A stretch of 64,000 nucleotides of DNA, taken from the NCBI GenBank assembly GCA_035686425.1, contig DASRZL010000154.1:954-64953 (forward strand). The letters run 5' to 3'. The position numbers and the translations under genes were made by a program. Position 1 is the first letter of the stretch. Each line of letters opens with the position of its first letter. The DNA comes from Thermoleophilia bacterium (lineage in GTDB: Bacteria; Actinomycetota; Thermoleophilia; UBA2241). The notes under the pieces are model-generated. The model saw nothing but the letters and a program-made list of their open reading frames with translations. It made no database searches and was not told the origin of the DNA. Of the stretch, positions 43,024 through 53,078 are shown piece after piece.

Positions 43024-43659
43024 TCAGTAGGCGACGGCCACCGCGTGGCCGACGTCGGTGCGAAGCGTCAGCTGGTCGAGCATGTACTCGGCCATGTCGG
43101 CGCGGGAGATCCGCCGGCCGCCGGGAAGCGAGTAGCCAGGCTCGGCGCGGTACTCGCCACGGGGTGGTCCGTCCGTGAGGGCTCCTGATGCGCGTACGAT
43201 GGTCCAGTCCAGCTCGCTCTGGCGCACGCTGATCTCCATCCGCCGCAGGTCGGCGTAGGCGTGCTTGAAGAAGAGCGGCTTGACGACCCGCTCATACACC
43301 CACGGGAGGTTGGGGTCCCGCCCGGGATGGGTCCCGCTGGCGGACAAGACGATGAGCCGTCGCACCCGGTAGCGCTGCATGGAGCGGATCACGTTGAGCG
43401 TCCCGAGAGCGTTGACCGCGGGCTCGCTCTTCTTGTGCGCCGCGCTGAGGGCGACGAGCACGGCGTCCTGGCCGTCGACCGCGTCGCTCACCACGCCGCC
43501 GTCGAGCACGTCACCGGCGACGACCCGGACCTTCCCGGCCAGGTCGCCGAGCTTCTCTGGGGCGCGGACGAGCGCGGTCACGTCGTGACCGCGCTCCAGC
43601 GCGCCGTTCATCAACAACCGCCCGGTGCGGCCCGTCGCTCCGACGATGAGCAGCTTCAT
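43024..43659 (-). CDS. NAD(P)H-binding protein (NmrA/BVR-B-like atypical SDR).
   Basis: MKLLIVGATGRTGRLLMNGALERGHDVTALVR is a Rossmann start. Confidence 0.7.
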   Translation of the reverse strand: MKLLIVGATGRTGRLLMNGALERGHDVTALVRAPEKLGDLAGKVRVVAGDVLDGGVVSDAVDGQDAVLVALSAAHKKSEPAVNALGTLNVIRSMQRYRVRRLIVLSASGTHPGRDPNLPWVYERVVKPLFFKHAYADLRRMEISVRQSELDWTIVRASGALTDGPPRGEYRAEPGYSLPGGRRISRADMAEYMLDQLTLRTDVGHAVAVAY

Positions 43660-43820
43660 GCCCGCATGGTACCCGGACGCGCGCATTCGCGCGTCCGGGC
43701 CCGCGCGACACCCACCCTCGGCGGGCGACCGCACGGACGAGAACACGCGTGTTGTCAGAGCAGGCGGCGGGTCTGGGCGTCCGAGCGGCCGCCGCCGGTC
43801 CTCTCGGGTAGCATGAGGTC

Positions 43821-44507
43821 GTGGGTACCGACCTGGGGGGCAGAGTCGTCCTCGTCACGGGGGCGAGCATCGGCATCGGGCGCGAGATCGCGCTGCGATT
43901 CGCCGCCGCCGGGTGCCGGCTGGCGCTCACCTACTTCGAGCATCGCGCCGAGGCCGAGGAGGTCGCCGCGCGTTGCCGCGGCCTCGGCTCTCCGGACGTC
44001 GCTCTTTGCTCCCTGCAACTCGCCGATGAGGACAGCATCCGCACGGTGGTCGAGTGCGTCATCGACCGCTTCGCCGCCGTCGACGTCATGGTGAACAACG
44101 CCGGCGTGATCAGCTGGAAGCCGTTCCTCGAGCAGGACTTCGGTGAGGTAGATGACCAGGTCAACGTGAACCTGCTGGGCGTGATGAAGCTCACGTGGTG
44201 CTTCCTGCCTCTGGTGGCCGACGCGGTGATCACCATCGGCAGCACCGCGGCCCTCCACCAGTCGCGCACACCGCCCACGTACTGCGCGACCAAGTGGGGC
44301 CTGCGCGGCTTCGTGAAGGCGCTGGCTCTCGAGCATCCGGACAAGCGGATGGTGAGCGTGCACCCTACGGTGACGGCGACACGCATGAACGACATGCACG
44401 GCATGTCGCCGGAGCGCGTCGCCGAGGTCGTCTTCCAGGTTGCCTCCGGAGATATCGAGGTGGAGCCCGGCGGCGACGTCGATCTGCGCGACTTCGTGAC
44501 AGCGTGA
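43821..44507 (+). CDS. SDR-family short-chain dehydrogenase/reductase.
   Basis: VVLVTGASIGIGREIAL is the TGxxxGIG motif. NNAG is present, and YCATKWG is the catalytic YxxxK. Confidence 0.8.
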   Translation: MGTDLGGRVVLVTGASIGIGREIALRFAAAGCRLALTYFEHRAEAEEVAARCRGLGSPDVALCSLQLADEDSIRTVVECVIDRFAAVDVMVNNAGVISWKPFLEQDFGEVDDQVNVNLLGVMKLTWCFLPLVADAVITIGSTAALHQSRTPPTYCATKWGLRGFVKALALEHPDKRMVSVHPTVTATRMNDMHGMSPERVAEVVFQVASGDIEVEPGGDVDLRDFVTA

Positions 44508-44628
44508 AGGCCGGGGCGGCTGGCGCCGCCCCGGCCTTCAGCATCGGGCCCAAGCTCCAGAGGGAAGAGCCAAGCCGTCTCCGGGTCGCGGCCGTCACCC
44601 CCGAGGGTGCCGGCCGCGACCCCGTCTT

Positions 44629-47172
44629 CTACTCGTACTGGATCGCTTCGAGGATGCGCGTGCCCGCGGCGCGGCGCGCCGGCAGCACCGCCGCGACCAC
44701 GCCGACCACCACGGCGAGCACCAGGAACACGCCCAGCTGCGTCCACGGCAGGCTGAAGACCAGCCCGTCGCCGCCGAGCTGCGTGACGAGCACGTAGCCC
44801 ATGGCGATGCCGACCAGGGTGCCGAGCACGCCGCCGATCACGGCGGTGATCACGCTCTCGTAGCGGACCATCTGGCGCAGCTGTCGCCGGGTCGCGCCGA
44901 TGGCGCGCAGCATGCCGATCTCGCGGGTCCGCTCGTGCACGCTCAGCACCAGGGTGTTGACGATGCCGAAGATCGAGATGAGCACGCTCATCGCGAGCAG
45001 GCCGTAGAACATCATCAGGATCTGGTCCACCATCCGGTTGATGGAGTCGAGGTACTCGGACTTGGTCTCGACCTTCTGCGTCGGGTACTGCGCGAGCGCC
45101 TTCTGAACGGCCACCTGGGCGCCGGCGCTGCCGTCGGTGCGCACCAGCGTCATGCCGGCCGCGGTGGGGACGTCCAGCTTCTCGAGCGCGTCGAGGCTGA
45201 CCATCATGCCGGAGTAGGCCATCTGGTCGCGGTAGAAGCCGAGCACGGTGAGCCCGGTCGTCTTGCCGCTCTGGCTGGTGACCGTGATGCTCTCGCCGGC
45301 CTCGACCGTGGCGGCGATCGGCGAGCCGTCCTCGAGGATGACGTGGCTCGCGTCGAGCTGGGCGTAGAGGGCGTCGCTGCCGCCGCGCCGCCAGTCGGGA
45401 CCCCAGACCTTCGTCCACACGGCGGGGTCCACGGCGTTGGCGGTGACGCCGCCGCCGCCCTTGACCTTGAGCGGCGCCCAGGCGACGCCGGCGGCCGCTT
45501 CGACGCCGGGGACGTCCTCGAGGGAGCGCACGGTCTTCTGGGGCACGGTGAGGTACGCCGTGTTGTCCTGCGCGACCAGGTCGGCGCGCGTGGAGGTGCT
45601 GATCGCGCCGCCGAACGAGCCCTTCATCGCCTGCGCGAACACGGCGATGAACACGACCATGGCGAGGCCGATCATGAGCGCCGCGGCCGTCGCGGCCGTG
45701 CGGCTCGGGTTGCGGCCGGCGTTGTCGCGCGCCAGGCGGCCGCTGGTGGGCGCCAGCTTCTCCAGCGGCCAGCCGATGATCCGGCTCGCCGGCCGCACCA
45801 CGAACTTGGCCAGCATGGCGATGGCGACGAAGAGCAGCAGCGCGCCGAGGCCCATGAACAGGAGGCGGCCGCTTGTCCCCCCGTCGGCGAAGATGCCGTA
45901 GGCGAGTGAGCCGCCGCCGAGGGCCGCGAAGGCGAGGGCGATCGCCGTCGTGAACCTCGCGAAGCGCGTCGGCGGCAGGGCGGCGCCCTCCTGGAGGGCG
46001 GCCACCGGCGGCACGCGCGTGGCGCGCAGGGCCGGGGTGAGCGCCGAGAGCAGGGTGACGCCGACGCCGACGATGGCGGCGATGAGGATGGTCCGCGGCT
46101 CGAGCGCGATGCCGGCGGTGGGGATGTCCACGCCGAGGGCCTTGAAGAGCAGGTTGATGCCCTTGGCGACGCCGAGGCCGGCGGCGATGCCGACGGCGGA
46201 GGCGAGCAGGCCCAGGGCGAGCGCCTCGGCGACCACCGAGGTGAGCACCTGGCGGCGGCTGGCGCCGAGGGCGCGCAGCATCGCGAACTCGCGGCGCCGC
46301 TGGGCGACGGTGATGCTGAAGGCGTTGAAGATGATGAACGCGCCGACGAAGACGGAGACGCCGGCGAACGCCAGGAGCACCGGCGTGAGGAAGGAGCCGA
46401 TCGCGTCGGCCGTCTCGGCGGTCGCGTCGGCGGCGGCCTGCTCGCCGGTCTTGACGCTGACGCCGGCCGGCATCGCGGCCTTGACGTCCGCGGCCAGCTG
46501 CTTGGGCGTCACGCCGGGAGCGGCGGAGACCGAGATGGCGCTGATCCTGCCGGGCTCGCCGCCCCAGCGCTGCACGTCCTGCAGGCGGCCGGCGACGACG
46601 ATGGTGCCGCCCATAGAGCCCGACTCGCCCCACTCGAAGACGCCGGTGACCTGCACTTCTTCAAGGCCGGCCGGGGCGGCGACGGTGAAGCTGTCCCCGG
46701 GCTGAAGGCCGGCCTTGTCGGCGAAGCTCTTGATGATCGCCACTTCGTTGCGCCCCTGGATCTCGCGGCCGGCGACCAGGGTCGCCTGGTTGAAGGGCGC
46801 GCCCGGGTTGGTCGTGAGCAGCGTGGGCGAGCCGCCGGTCTCGACGGGCTCTCCGTCGACGATCGCGGCGCCCACCGTCTCGTAGACGCCGGCGGCCTTC
46901 TCGACGCCGGGGACCGCGAGCACCTGGGCGACGAGCTCGTCGCTCATCGTCTGGGCCGCATCGCCCTCGAGGCTGGTGAACGAGCTCTTCGGCTCGACCT
47001 GCACGGCCGTGCCCTTGAACGAGGTCTCGAAGATGTTGGCGAAGCCGTTGTCGATCTGATCGGTCAGCACGTAGGTGCCGGTGATCATCGCCACGCCGAG
47101 CAGGATCGCCAGCAGCGTGAGGACGGTCCGGAGCGGCCGGCTGGCCAGGCTGCGGAAGGCGAGGCGCGTCAT
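44629..47172 (-). CDS. ABC transporter permease with two FtsX-like domains (MacB/YknZ-type, 847 aa).
   Basis: Each of the two 4-TM FtsX modules is preceded by a large periplasmic domain. It is coupled to the upstream ATPase gene (ATGA). Confidence 0.8.
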   Translation of the reverse strand: MTRLAFRSLASRPLRTVLTLLAILLGVAMITGTYVLTDQIDNGFANIFETSFKGTAVQVEPKSSFTSLEGDAAQTMSDELVAQVLAVPGVEKAAGVYETVGAAIVDGEPVETGGSPTLLTTNPGAPFNQATLVAGREIQGRNEVAIIKSFADKAGLQPGDSFTVAAPAGLEEVQVTGVFEWGESGSMGGTIVVAGRLQDVQRWGGEPGRISAISVSAAPGVTPKQLAADVKAAMPAGVSVKTGEQAAADATAETADAIGSFLTPVLLAFAGVSVFVGAFIIFNAFSITVAQRRREFAMLRALGASRRQVLTSVVAEALALGLLASAVGIAAGLGVAKGINLLFKALGVDIPTAGIALEPRTILIAAIVGVGVTLLSALTPALRATRVPPVAALQEGAALPPTRFARFTTAIALAFAALGGGSLAYGIFADGGTSGRLLFMGLGALLLFVAIAMLAKFVVRPASRIIGWPLEKLAPTSGRLARDNAGRNPSRTAATAAALMIGLAMVVFIAVFAQAMKGSFGGAISTSTRADLVAQDNTAYLTVPQKTVRSLEDVPGVEAAAGVAWAPLKVKGGGGVTANAVDPAVWTKVWGPDWRRGGSDALYAQLDASHVILEDGSPIAATVEAGESITVTSQSGKTTGLTVLGFYRDQMAYSGMMVSLDALEKLDVPTAAGMTLVRTDGSAGAQVAVQKALAQYPTQKVETKSEYLDSINRMVDQILMMFYGLLAMSVLISIFGIVNTLVLSVHERTREIGMLRAIGATRRQLRQMVRYESVITAVIGGVLGTLVGIAMGYVLVTQLGGDGLVFSLPWTQLGVFLVLAVVVGVVAAVLPARRAAGTRILEAIQYE

Positions 47173-48011
47173 CGGGCCACCTCCAGGTCCTTGATCGTGT
47201 CGTAGATGTGGTCGCGGGTCATGCGGTCCTCGTCCAGCTCGATGCGCCCGTCCTTGAGGAAGACGACGCGGTCGGCGATGCTGGCGGCGCCGGCGTCGTG
47301 CGTGACCATGATCACGGTCTGGCCGAACTCGTCGACGCTGCGGCGCAGCAGGTCGAGGACCTCGCCGCCGGTGCGCGAGTCGAGGTTGCCGGTGGGCTCG
47401 TCGGCGAAGAGCACGGCCGGCCGGGTGATGAGCGCCCGGGCGACGGCGACGCGCTGCTGCTGGCCGCCGGAGAGCTCGGACGGGCGGTGCGTGAGGCGGT
47501 CCTGCAGGCCGACGGCCTCGATCACGGTGCGCCGCCAGGCCTCGTCCGCGCTGCGGCGGGCGAGCGAGAGCGGCAGCACGATGTTCTCGTCGGCGGTCAG
47601 CGTCGCCAGCAGGTTGAAGCTCTGGAAGATGAAGCCGATCTTGTCGCGGCGCAGCTGCGTGAGCTGCTTCTCCTTGAGCCGGGTGATCTCGGTGCCGTCG
47701 ATGCTGACGCGGCCGCCGCTCGGCTGGTCGAGGCCGGCGAGGATGTGCATGAGCGTGCTCTTGCCGGAGCCGGAGGGGCCCATGATCGCCGTGAGCCGGC
47801 CCTCGGTGATGTCGATGTCGACGTCGCGCAGGGCGTGCACGGTGGCGTCGCCCTTGCCGTAGGTGCGGCTGAGGCCGCGGGCGGTCACGACGGCGCGGGC
47901 GTCGTCGCGCTGGGCGACGGGCGACTCGCTGCTGAACTCGTGCTCGAGCTGGGCGAGCGCCTCGCGCGCCTCGTCGATGTGTTCGCGCTCGGGTATCGTC
48001 GTGGTTCGCAT
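47169..48011 (-). CDS. ABC transporter ATP-binding protein (MacB/LolD-like).
   Basis: Walker A is GPSGSGKST. The signature is LSGGQQQRV. Walker B is VLFADEPTGNLD. A GAGGAGGA RBS is present. Confidence 0.85.
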   Translation of the reverse strand: MRTTTIPEREHIDEAREALAQLEHEFSSESPVAQRDDARAVVTARGLSRTYGKGDATVHALRDVDIDITEGRLTAIMGPSGSGKSTLMHILAGLDQPSGGRVSIDGTEITRLKEKQLTQLRRDKIGFIFQSFNLLATLTADENIVLPLSLARRSADEAWRRTVIEAVGLQDRLTHRPSELSGGQQQRVAVARALITRPAVLFADEPTGNLDSRTGGEVLDLLRRSVDEFGQTVIMVTHDAGAASIADRVVFLKDGRIELDEDRMTRDHIYDTIKDLEVAR

Positions 48012-48424
48012 CGTTTGTCCTCCTCAGATATGCCGTGAGGAGAGGCTACGGCGGGCGTCTCGCGGGCGAATCGCCCGGCGGTGGTGGATGTGTCGGCGCC
48101 GCGGAGGGATATTGATGCGCCGTCGCGGGCCACCGTGGGGGGAGCCCGCGGCTACCCCGGAGGAGGCTGCATCCATCCACGAGGGTAGGACGGTCGCGCG
48201 CCTCGAGCGTCGCCACATCCCATCAGGCTCGGGAGGGGCCGCCCAGGGCTACCCCCCCTGCGGTAGCCTGCCGCCCCGAGAGGCGAGGCCGTCGGTCCCG
48301 TGGAGACGCGCCACCGTGGCTCGGCGGGCGCCGCACTCGCCGCAATCAACTGCCGGCGCAACGCTGCCCGCCGCTTCGCAGAGAACCGGTGGGCAGCGTC
48401 GCCGCGCCCGGGGTCGCCGTCGGC

Positions 48425-51106
48425 CTACGCCGTGACCCGGCAGCCGCAGACCTTGAACTCGGGGATCTTGGCCATCGGGTCTCGCGCCGTGTTGGTGAGC
48501 CGGTTGGCCGGCGCCTCCCAGAAGTGGAAGGGCACGAACACCGTGCCGGGCCGGACCCTCGACGTCACATTGGCGGGAGTCTTGATCGTCCCGCGCCGGG
48601 TCTCGACCGTCACCTCGACGCCATGGGTGACGCCGAGGCGCGCGGCGTCGTCGGGATGCACCTCGACGAAGCCCGTCGGGACGAGCTCGTTGAGCCCATC
48701 GGAGCGGCGCGTCATCGTCCCGGTGTGGTAGTGCTCCAGCATGCGCCCCGTCGTCAGCGTGAGGGGGTAGTCGTCGTCCGCGACCTCGTCCGGGGACTGG
48801 TAGGCAACGGGGAAGAACTTGCCCTTGCCGCGCGTGAACCGACCGATGTGGAGGATCGGCGTGCCGGGGTGCTCCGTGTCCGGGCACGGCCAGCAGATGC
48901 CGCCGTTCTCGTCCAGCCGGTCCCAGGTGATGCCGGCGTAGGATGGGGTGAGCTCGTTGATCTCATCCAGGATGTCCTGCGGGTCGCGGTAGTCCCAGCC
49001 GCCCGCGGCGCCCATTCGCCGTGCGAGGTCGACGATGATCTCCCAGTCCGGCCGGGCCTCGCCGGGACTCGGGACGGCGGCGCGCACGCGCTGCACCTTG
49101 CGCTCGGTGTTGGTGAAGGTGCCGTCCTTCTCGGCGAAGCTCGCCGCCGGCAACACCACATCGGCGAGCTGCGCCGTCTCGCTCAGGAAGATGTCCTGGA
49201 CGACGAGGAAATCAAGACCGCGGAAGGCTTCCTCGACGTGGGTCAGGTCCGGGTCGGACAGCAGCGGGTTCTCGCCGACCACGTACAGTCCCCTGAGGGT
49301 GCCGGCTTGCATGCCGTCGACGACCTCGGTGACGGTGAGCCCGGGCTTGTCCGGCAGGGTGACGCCCCAGGCCGTGTTGAAGCGCTCCTGTGCGGCGGCG
49401 TCTCCGACCGACTGGTAGCCGGTGTAGACGTTGGGGAGCGCGCCCATATCGCACGCCCCCTGGACGTTGTTCTGGCCGCGCAGTGGATTGACGCCGACGC
49501 CGGCGCGCCCGAGGTTGCCGGTCATGAGCGCCAGGTTGCTGAGAGAGATCACGTGCTCGGTGCCGTGAGAATGCTGCGTGACGCCCATGGAGTAGAAGAT
49601 GGCGCCCTTGGCGGCGGTCGCGAAGATCCTCGCCGCCTCCCGGATCTTGTCCGCCGGCACGCCGGAGATCTGCTCGACGAACTCCGGCGTGTACGTCGCC
49701 AGCACCTCGGGCAGCTCGTCGAAGTCTTCGGTGCGCTCGGCGATAAAGTCCGTGTCGGTGAGGCCTTCTTCGATGATGACGTGCATGAGGCCGTTGACGA
49801 CGGCGACGTTGGTGCCGGGCAGGAGCTGCAGGTGGATGTCCGCTCGCCGCGCCATGTCGATGCGGCGGGGATCGACGACGATCAGCTTGGCGCCCTTGCG
49901 CATCGCCTTCTTGATGTGCAGCGCGCCGATCGGGTGCGCCTCGCTCGTGTTGGACCCGATGATGAGGACGGCGTCGGCGTCCTCGAGGTCCTTGAAGGAA
50001 TTGGTCATGGCACCGCTGCCGAGCGACTGGAGCAGGCCGGTGACGGTGCTCGCGTGACAGAGGCGCGCGCAGTGGTCGACGTTCTGCGTGCCGAGGACGG
50101 CGCGCACGAACTTCTGGAACACGTAGTTGTCTTCGTTGGTGCAGCGCGCGGACGAGAATCCGGCGAGCGCGTCGGGGCCGTGCTCGGCCTTGATGGCGCC
50201 GAGCTTCTCGACCACGAGGCCCAGCGCCTCGTCCCATGTGGCCGGCACGAGCTCTCCGTCCTTGCGCACCAGCGGCTGCGTGAGGCGGTCGGGATGGCCG
50301 ATGAACTGGAAGCCATAGCGACCCTTGACGCACAGGTTGCCCTCACCGGCGCCCAGGCCCACTGGCGACGATATCTGGACGACCTTCCCGTCCTTGACGT
50401 GCAGGTCGAGGGTGCAGCCGCAGCCGCAGAAGGGGCAGACGCTGCGTACGACCTGGGCGTCCCAGACGCGGCACTGCTGGCGGCTGAGCTTGTCTTGCAG
50501 CGCCCCCGTGGGGCAAGTGCTCACGCAGTTGCCGCACATCTCGCAGGCGGTGTCGAGCATGGAGCGCCCGAACGAGGTGGTGATGTACGAATCGAAGCCG
50601 CGCTCGGCAACATCGAGCACATGACAGCCCTGGACTTCCTGGCACATGGCGACGCAACGACCGCAAAGGATGCACTTGCCGGGATCGTACGCGATGAACG
50701 GCGTGTCTTCGCGGGTGTCGTAGGCGCGCTTCTCGCCGGCGTAGGTCGTCTCGGGGACGTCGTAGCGGTACGCCATCTCCTGCAGGCGGCAGCCACCCGC
50801 CTGATCGCAGACGATGCAGTCGTTGTGGTGGTCGCTGAGAAGCAGGTCGATGAGGGTCCGGCGCTGCTCGGCGAGATCCTCGGTCTCGGTGGTGACCACC
50901 ATGCCGTCGCGGACTTCGGTGTCGCAGGCCACGAGTGGCGTCCGCGCGCCCTCGACCTCCACGAGGCACAGGCGGCAGGCGGCGATAGGATCGAGCCTGT
51001 CGTCCTGGCAGAGGGTCGGAATGTCGATGCCGGCGCCGCGCGCCGCCTGCAAGATCGTCGTACCGGGTTCGGCGGCCACCTGCCGCCCGTCGATGCTGAG
51101 CTCCAC
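48425..51106 (-). CDS. fdhA: Formate dehydrogenase catalytic (alpha) subunit. It belongs to the Mo/W-bisPGD family and has an N-terminal NuoG-like 2Fe-2S plus 4Fe-4S extension. It is a Cys-type enzyme, not a selenocysteine enzyme.
   Basis: The ferredoxin-like N-terminal domain is followed by the Mo-bisPGD 4Fe-4S motif RSVCPFCGCGC. The active-site block NVDHCARLCHASTV has Cys where E. coli FdhF has Sec. The track ORF starts at a TTG. The preferred start is the GTG at 51106, 6 nt after GAGGAGA. Confidence 0.85.
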   Translation of the reverse strand: MELSIDGRQVAAEPGTTILQAARGAGIDIPTLCQDDRLDPIAACRLCLVEVEGARTPLVACDTEVRDGMVVTTETEDLAEQRRTLIDLLLSDHHNDCIVCDQAGGCRLQEMAYRYDVPETTYAGEKRAYDTREDTPFIAYDPGKCILCGRCVAMCQEVQGCHVLDVAERGFDSYITTSFGRSMLDTACEMCGNCVSTCPTGALQDKLSRQQCRVWDAQVVRSVCPFCGCGCTLDLHVKDGKVVQISSPVGLGAGEGNLCVKGRYGFQFIGHPDRLTQPLVRKDGELVPATWDEALGLVVEKLGAIKAEHGPDALAGFSSARCTNEDNYVFQKFVRAVLGTQNVDHCARLCHASTVTGLLQSLGSGAMTNSFKDLEDADAVLIIGSNTSEAHPIGALHIKKAMRKGAKLIVVDPRRIDMARRADIHLQLLPGTNVAVVNGLMHVIIEEGLTDTDFIAERTEDFDELPEVLATYTPEFVEQISGVPADKIREAARIFATAAKGAIFYSMGVTQHSHGTEHVISLSNLALMTGNLGRAGVGVNPLRGQNNVQGACDMGALPNVYTGYQSVGDAAAQERFNTAWGVTLPDKPGLTVTEVVDGMQAGTLRGLYVVGENPLLSDPDLTHVEEAFRGLDFLVVQDIFLSETAQLADVVLPAASFAEKDGTFTNTERKVQRVRAAVPSPGEARPDWEIIVDLARRMGAAGGWDYRDPQDILDEINELTPSYAGITWDRLDENGGICWPCPDTEHPGTPILHIGRFTRGKGKFFPVAYQSPDEVADDDYPLTLTTGRMLEHYHTGTMTRRSDGLNELVPTGFVEVHPDDAARLGVTHGVEVTVETRRGTIKTPANVTSRVRPGTVFVPFHFWEAPANRLTNTARDPMAKIPEFKVCGCRVTA

Positions 51107-51195
51107 TGCGCGTCTCCTCGGTGATCGCTTCCGCGCGTCCAGATGAGCCAAGTGTACTCGCGCGTCAAGCGCGACGGAAACTGCGCCGCCCGCCC

Positions 51196-52317
51196 TCAGT
51201 ACTCCCGCAGCGCGTCCAGCCGCACGGCGAGGAAGCGCGCGAGGCCGGCGCCGTCCTCGAGCCCGAAGCGGTGCTCGTGCTCGAGCTCGGCGTCGGTGAC
51301 CAGGGCGAGCGCCTCACCCGGGGCGCAGAGCGGCTCGGTGTGCCCGGCGCCGGCGCGGAAGAGTTCGACGCGGTGCGGGGCGCTGCGCTTGTAGCCCTCG
51401 GCGACGACCAGGTCGAAGCCGGCGAAGAAGCGGCGCGCGATCGCGGTGAGCTCCAGCTCCTCGTCGAGGCGGGTGATGAAGGCGAGCCGCTCGGGTGAGG
51501 CGATGGCGTAGGCGCTGGCCCCGGCGCGTCCGTGCCGCCAGGAGTCCTTGCCGGGGTGGTCGATCTCGAAGGAGTGGGCGTCGTGCTTGACGGTGCCGAC
51601 GCGCAGCCCCAGGCGCACCAGCTCGGGGACGAGCTTCTCGATCAGCGTCGTTTTGCCGGCGTCGCTCTTGCCGACGACGGCGACCAGGGCCGGCTGGGCG
51701 GCCGCCGCGGGCGCGCCCTGCGCCCGGGCCTCGCGCTGCGCCTCCCGGAAGTCGTCCATGGTGTTGATGTTACGAAAGCGCGCCTCGTCTGGGAAGGGCA
51801 CCTCGACGGTACGGACCGCGGGCAGGATGTGGACGATGCGGTGGCGGCCGGCGTCGAGCACGGCGGCCATCGGCACCAGGCAGGCGGGGCCGTAGGCCGC
51901 GAACAGAGGCTGATGGAACTGCCCTCCGATGGCCGGCAGGGCGGCGTCGTGACCAGGAAAGGCGGCGAGGACCCTCAGGGCCGACTCCCTGTCCGGCCGC
52001 GCGATGTCGACGGCGAGCGCGAACACCGGCTCGTGGAAGTGCCGCAGGGCGGTCGCGATGCCGGCGAGCGGCGAGCCCGTTGGCCAGGCATCGTGGAGTA
52101 TCACATCCGCGCGCGCGTCGCCGAGATCGATGTCCTGGTCGTGGCCGAGCACGATCGCGACGCGTGGGAAGAGCTCGCGCAGAAAGGCGAGGTTGCGCAG
52201 CAGCAGCGTGCGGCCCTCGATCACGAGGAAGCGCTTGTCGATGCCGGCGCGGCGGCTGCTGCCGCCGGCGACGAGGACACCGACGTCGATCTGCGGAGTT
52301 CCAGGCGGCTCGGTCAT
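51196..52317 (-). CDS. MobA-MobB fusion. It combines molybdenum cofactor guanylyltransferase with the MGD-biosynthesis adapter/GTPase-like domain.
   Basis: The N-terminal block VGVLVAGGSSRRAGIDKRFLVIEGRTLL is MobA. The C-terminal block LVAVVGKSDAGKTTLIEKLVPELVRLGLRVGTVKHDAHSFEIDHPGKDSWRH is MobB. Confidence 0.75.
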   Translation of the reverse strand: MTEPPGTPQIDVGVLVAGGSSRRAGIDKRFLVIEGRTLLLRNLAFLRELFPRVAIVLGHDQDIDLGDARADVILHDAWPTGSPLAGIATALRHFHEPVFALAVDIARPDRESALRVLAAFPGHDAALPAIGGQFHQPLFAAYGPACLVPMAAVLDAGRHRIVHILPAVRTVEVPFPDEARFRNINTMDDFREAQREARAQGAPAAAAQPALVAVVGKSDAGKTTLIEKLVPELVRLGLRVGTVKHDAHSFEIDHPGKDSWRHGRAGASAYAIASPERLAFITRLDEELELTAIARRFFAGFDLVVAEGYKRSAPHRVELFRAGAGHTEPLCAPGEALALVTDAELEHEHRFGLEDGAGLARFLAVRLDALREY

Positions 52318-52397
52318 GGTGGAGTCAGTGTACCTGTGGCGAGCAGGCGCGTACCCTGCCGGGCGAACGGCGGTTCAGGCAACTCCCGCGAGTCCGG

Positions 52398-53078
52398 TCA
52401 GGCTTCGCTCGCGGCACGCTCAGCCCTGGCTCGGGTGCCGCGCAGCATGCCCTCTTCCATGATGAAGTGGGCCGGTTCGAGCATGAGAACGCGCGCGAAG
52501 GTCGCCGGCACGGTCGGCCGCCAGGCCGCGCGCGAGCGGACGATGAGGCGCGTGGACGCCGCGTCGATCGGTTCCAGATAGAACCCCCAGCTCCAGGCGA
52601 GCTCGCCGCGGAAGAAGTCGCCTGCCGATTGGGGTGGCTCGCCCGGCGCTCCGCTGCGGACGACGAACGCTCGCGGCTGCTCAAGGACGGCGATGGTCAT
52701 CTTCATGGTCTCGTCCGGATCGAGTGTCAGGTAGTCCTCGCCGGCGCGAACGTCCTGCCACTCCGGGTGGATGCGGTCTGCGCTACGGACCTTGAGTCCG
52801 GCGGCATTCTCGAGCACGTCATAGGTGTAGAATCCGCCGCGGTTCTGCCCGATCTGGACGATCCACGGCCATACGGCGCCCGCCGGCGCTCGTACCGTGA
52901 CGGCGTGGGTCGTGATGTAGGAGGCATCGTCGACGAGGTCGTCGCCGGGCAGGGTGCGCGCGACCTCTTCGGCGGTCGCACCCCAGCGGCGCAGGCGCGG
53001 CAGGACGAGAAAGGAGTAGGCCGCGCCGATCGCCTCGACGGCGACAGCGGCCAAGGCGATCTTGTGCAGGCGCTTCAT
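52398..53078 (-). CDS. SRPBCC-like hypothetical protein with an N-terminal signal peptide or TM segment.
   Basis: GGAGG lies 6 nt upstream of the ATG. It carries a WPWIVQIGQNRGGFYTYD motif. It is coupled to the upstream SGNH gene (ATGA). Confidence 0.55.
   Translation of the reverse strand: MKRLHKIALAAVAVEAIGAAYSFLVLPRLRRWGATAEEVARTLPGDDLVDDASYITTHAVTVRAPAGAVWPWIVQIGQNRGGFYTYDVLENAAGLKVRSADRIHPEWQDVRAGEDYLTLDPDETMKMTIAVLEQPRAFVVRSGAPGEPPQSAGDFFRGELAWSWGFYLEPIDAASTRLIVRSRAAWRPTVPATFARVLMLEPAHFIMEEGMLRGTRARAERAASEA

Noticed and set aside
44365-44598. Short ORFs in the 120-bp gap between the SDR gene and the FtsX permease, and possible terminator hairpins there.
   Set aside because: The sequence GGCCGGGGCGGCTGGCGCCGCCCCGGCC does form a GC hairpin. 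It overlaps the SDR stop codon and I could not distinguish it from generic GC-rich self-complementarity. It is not called as a feature.
48425-51151. Possible selenocysteine in the formate dehydrogenase.
   Set aside because: The ORF is uninterrupted. The block homologous to the E. coli FdhF Sec site reads HCARLCH, so this is a Cys-type enzyme. There is no in-frame TGA.
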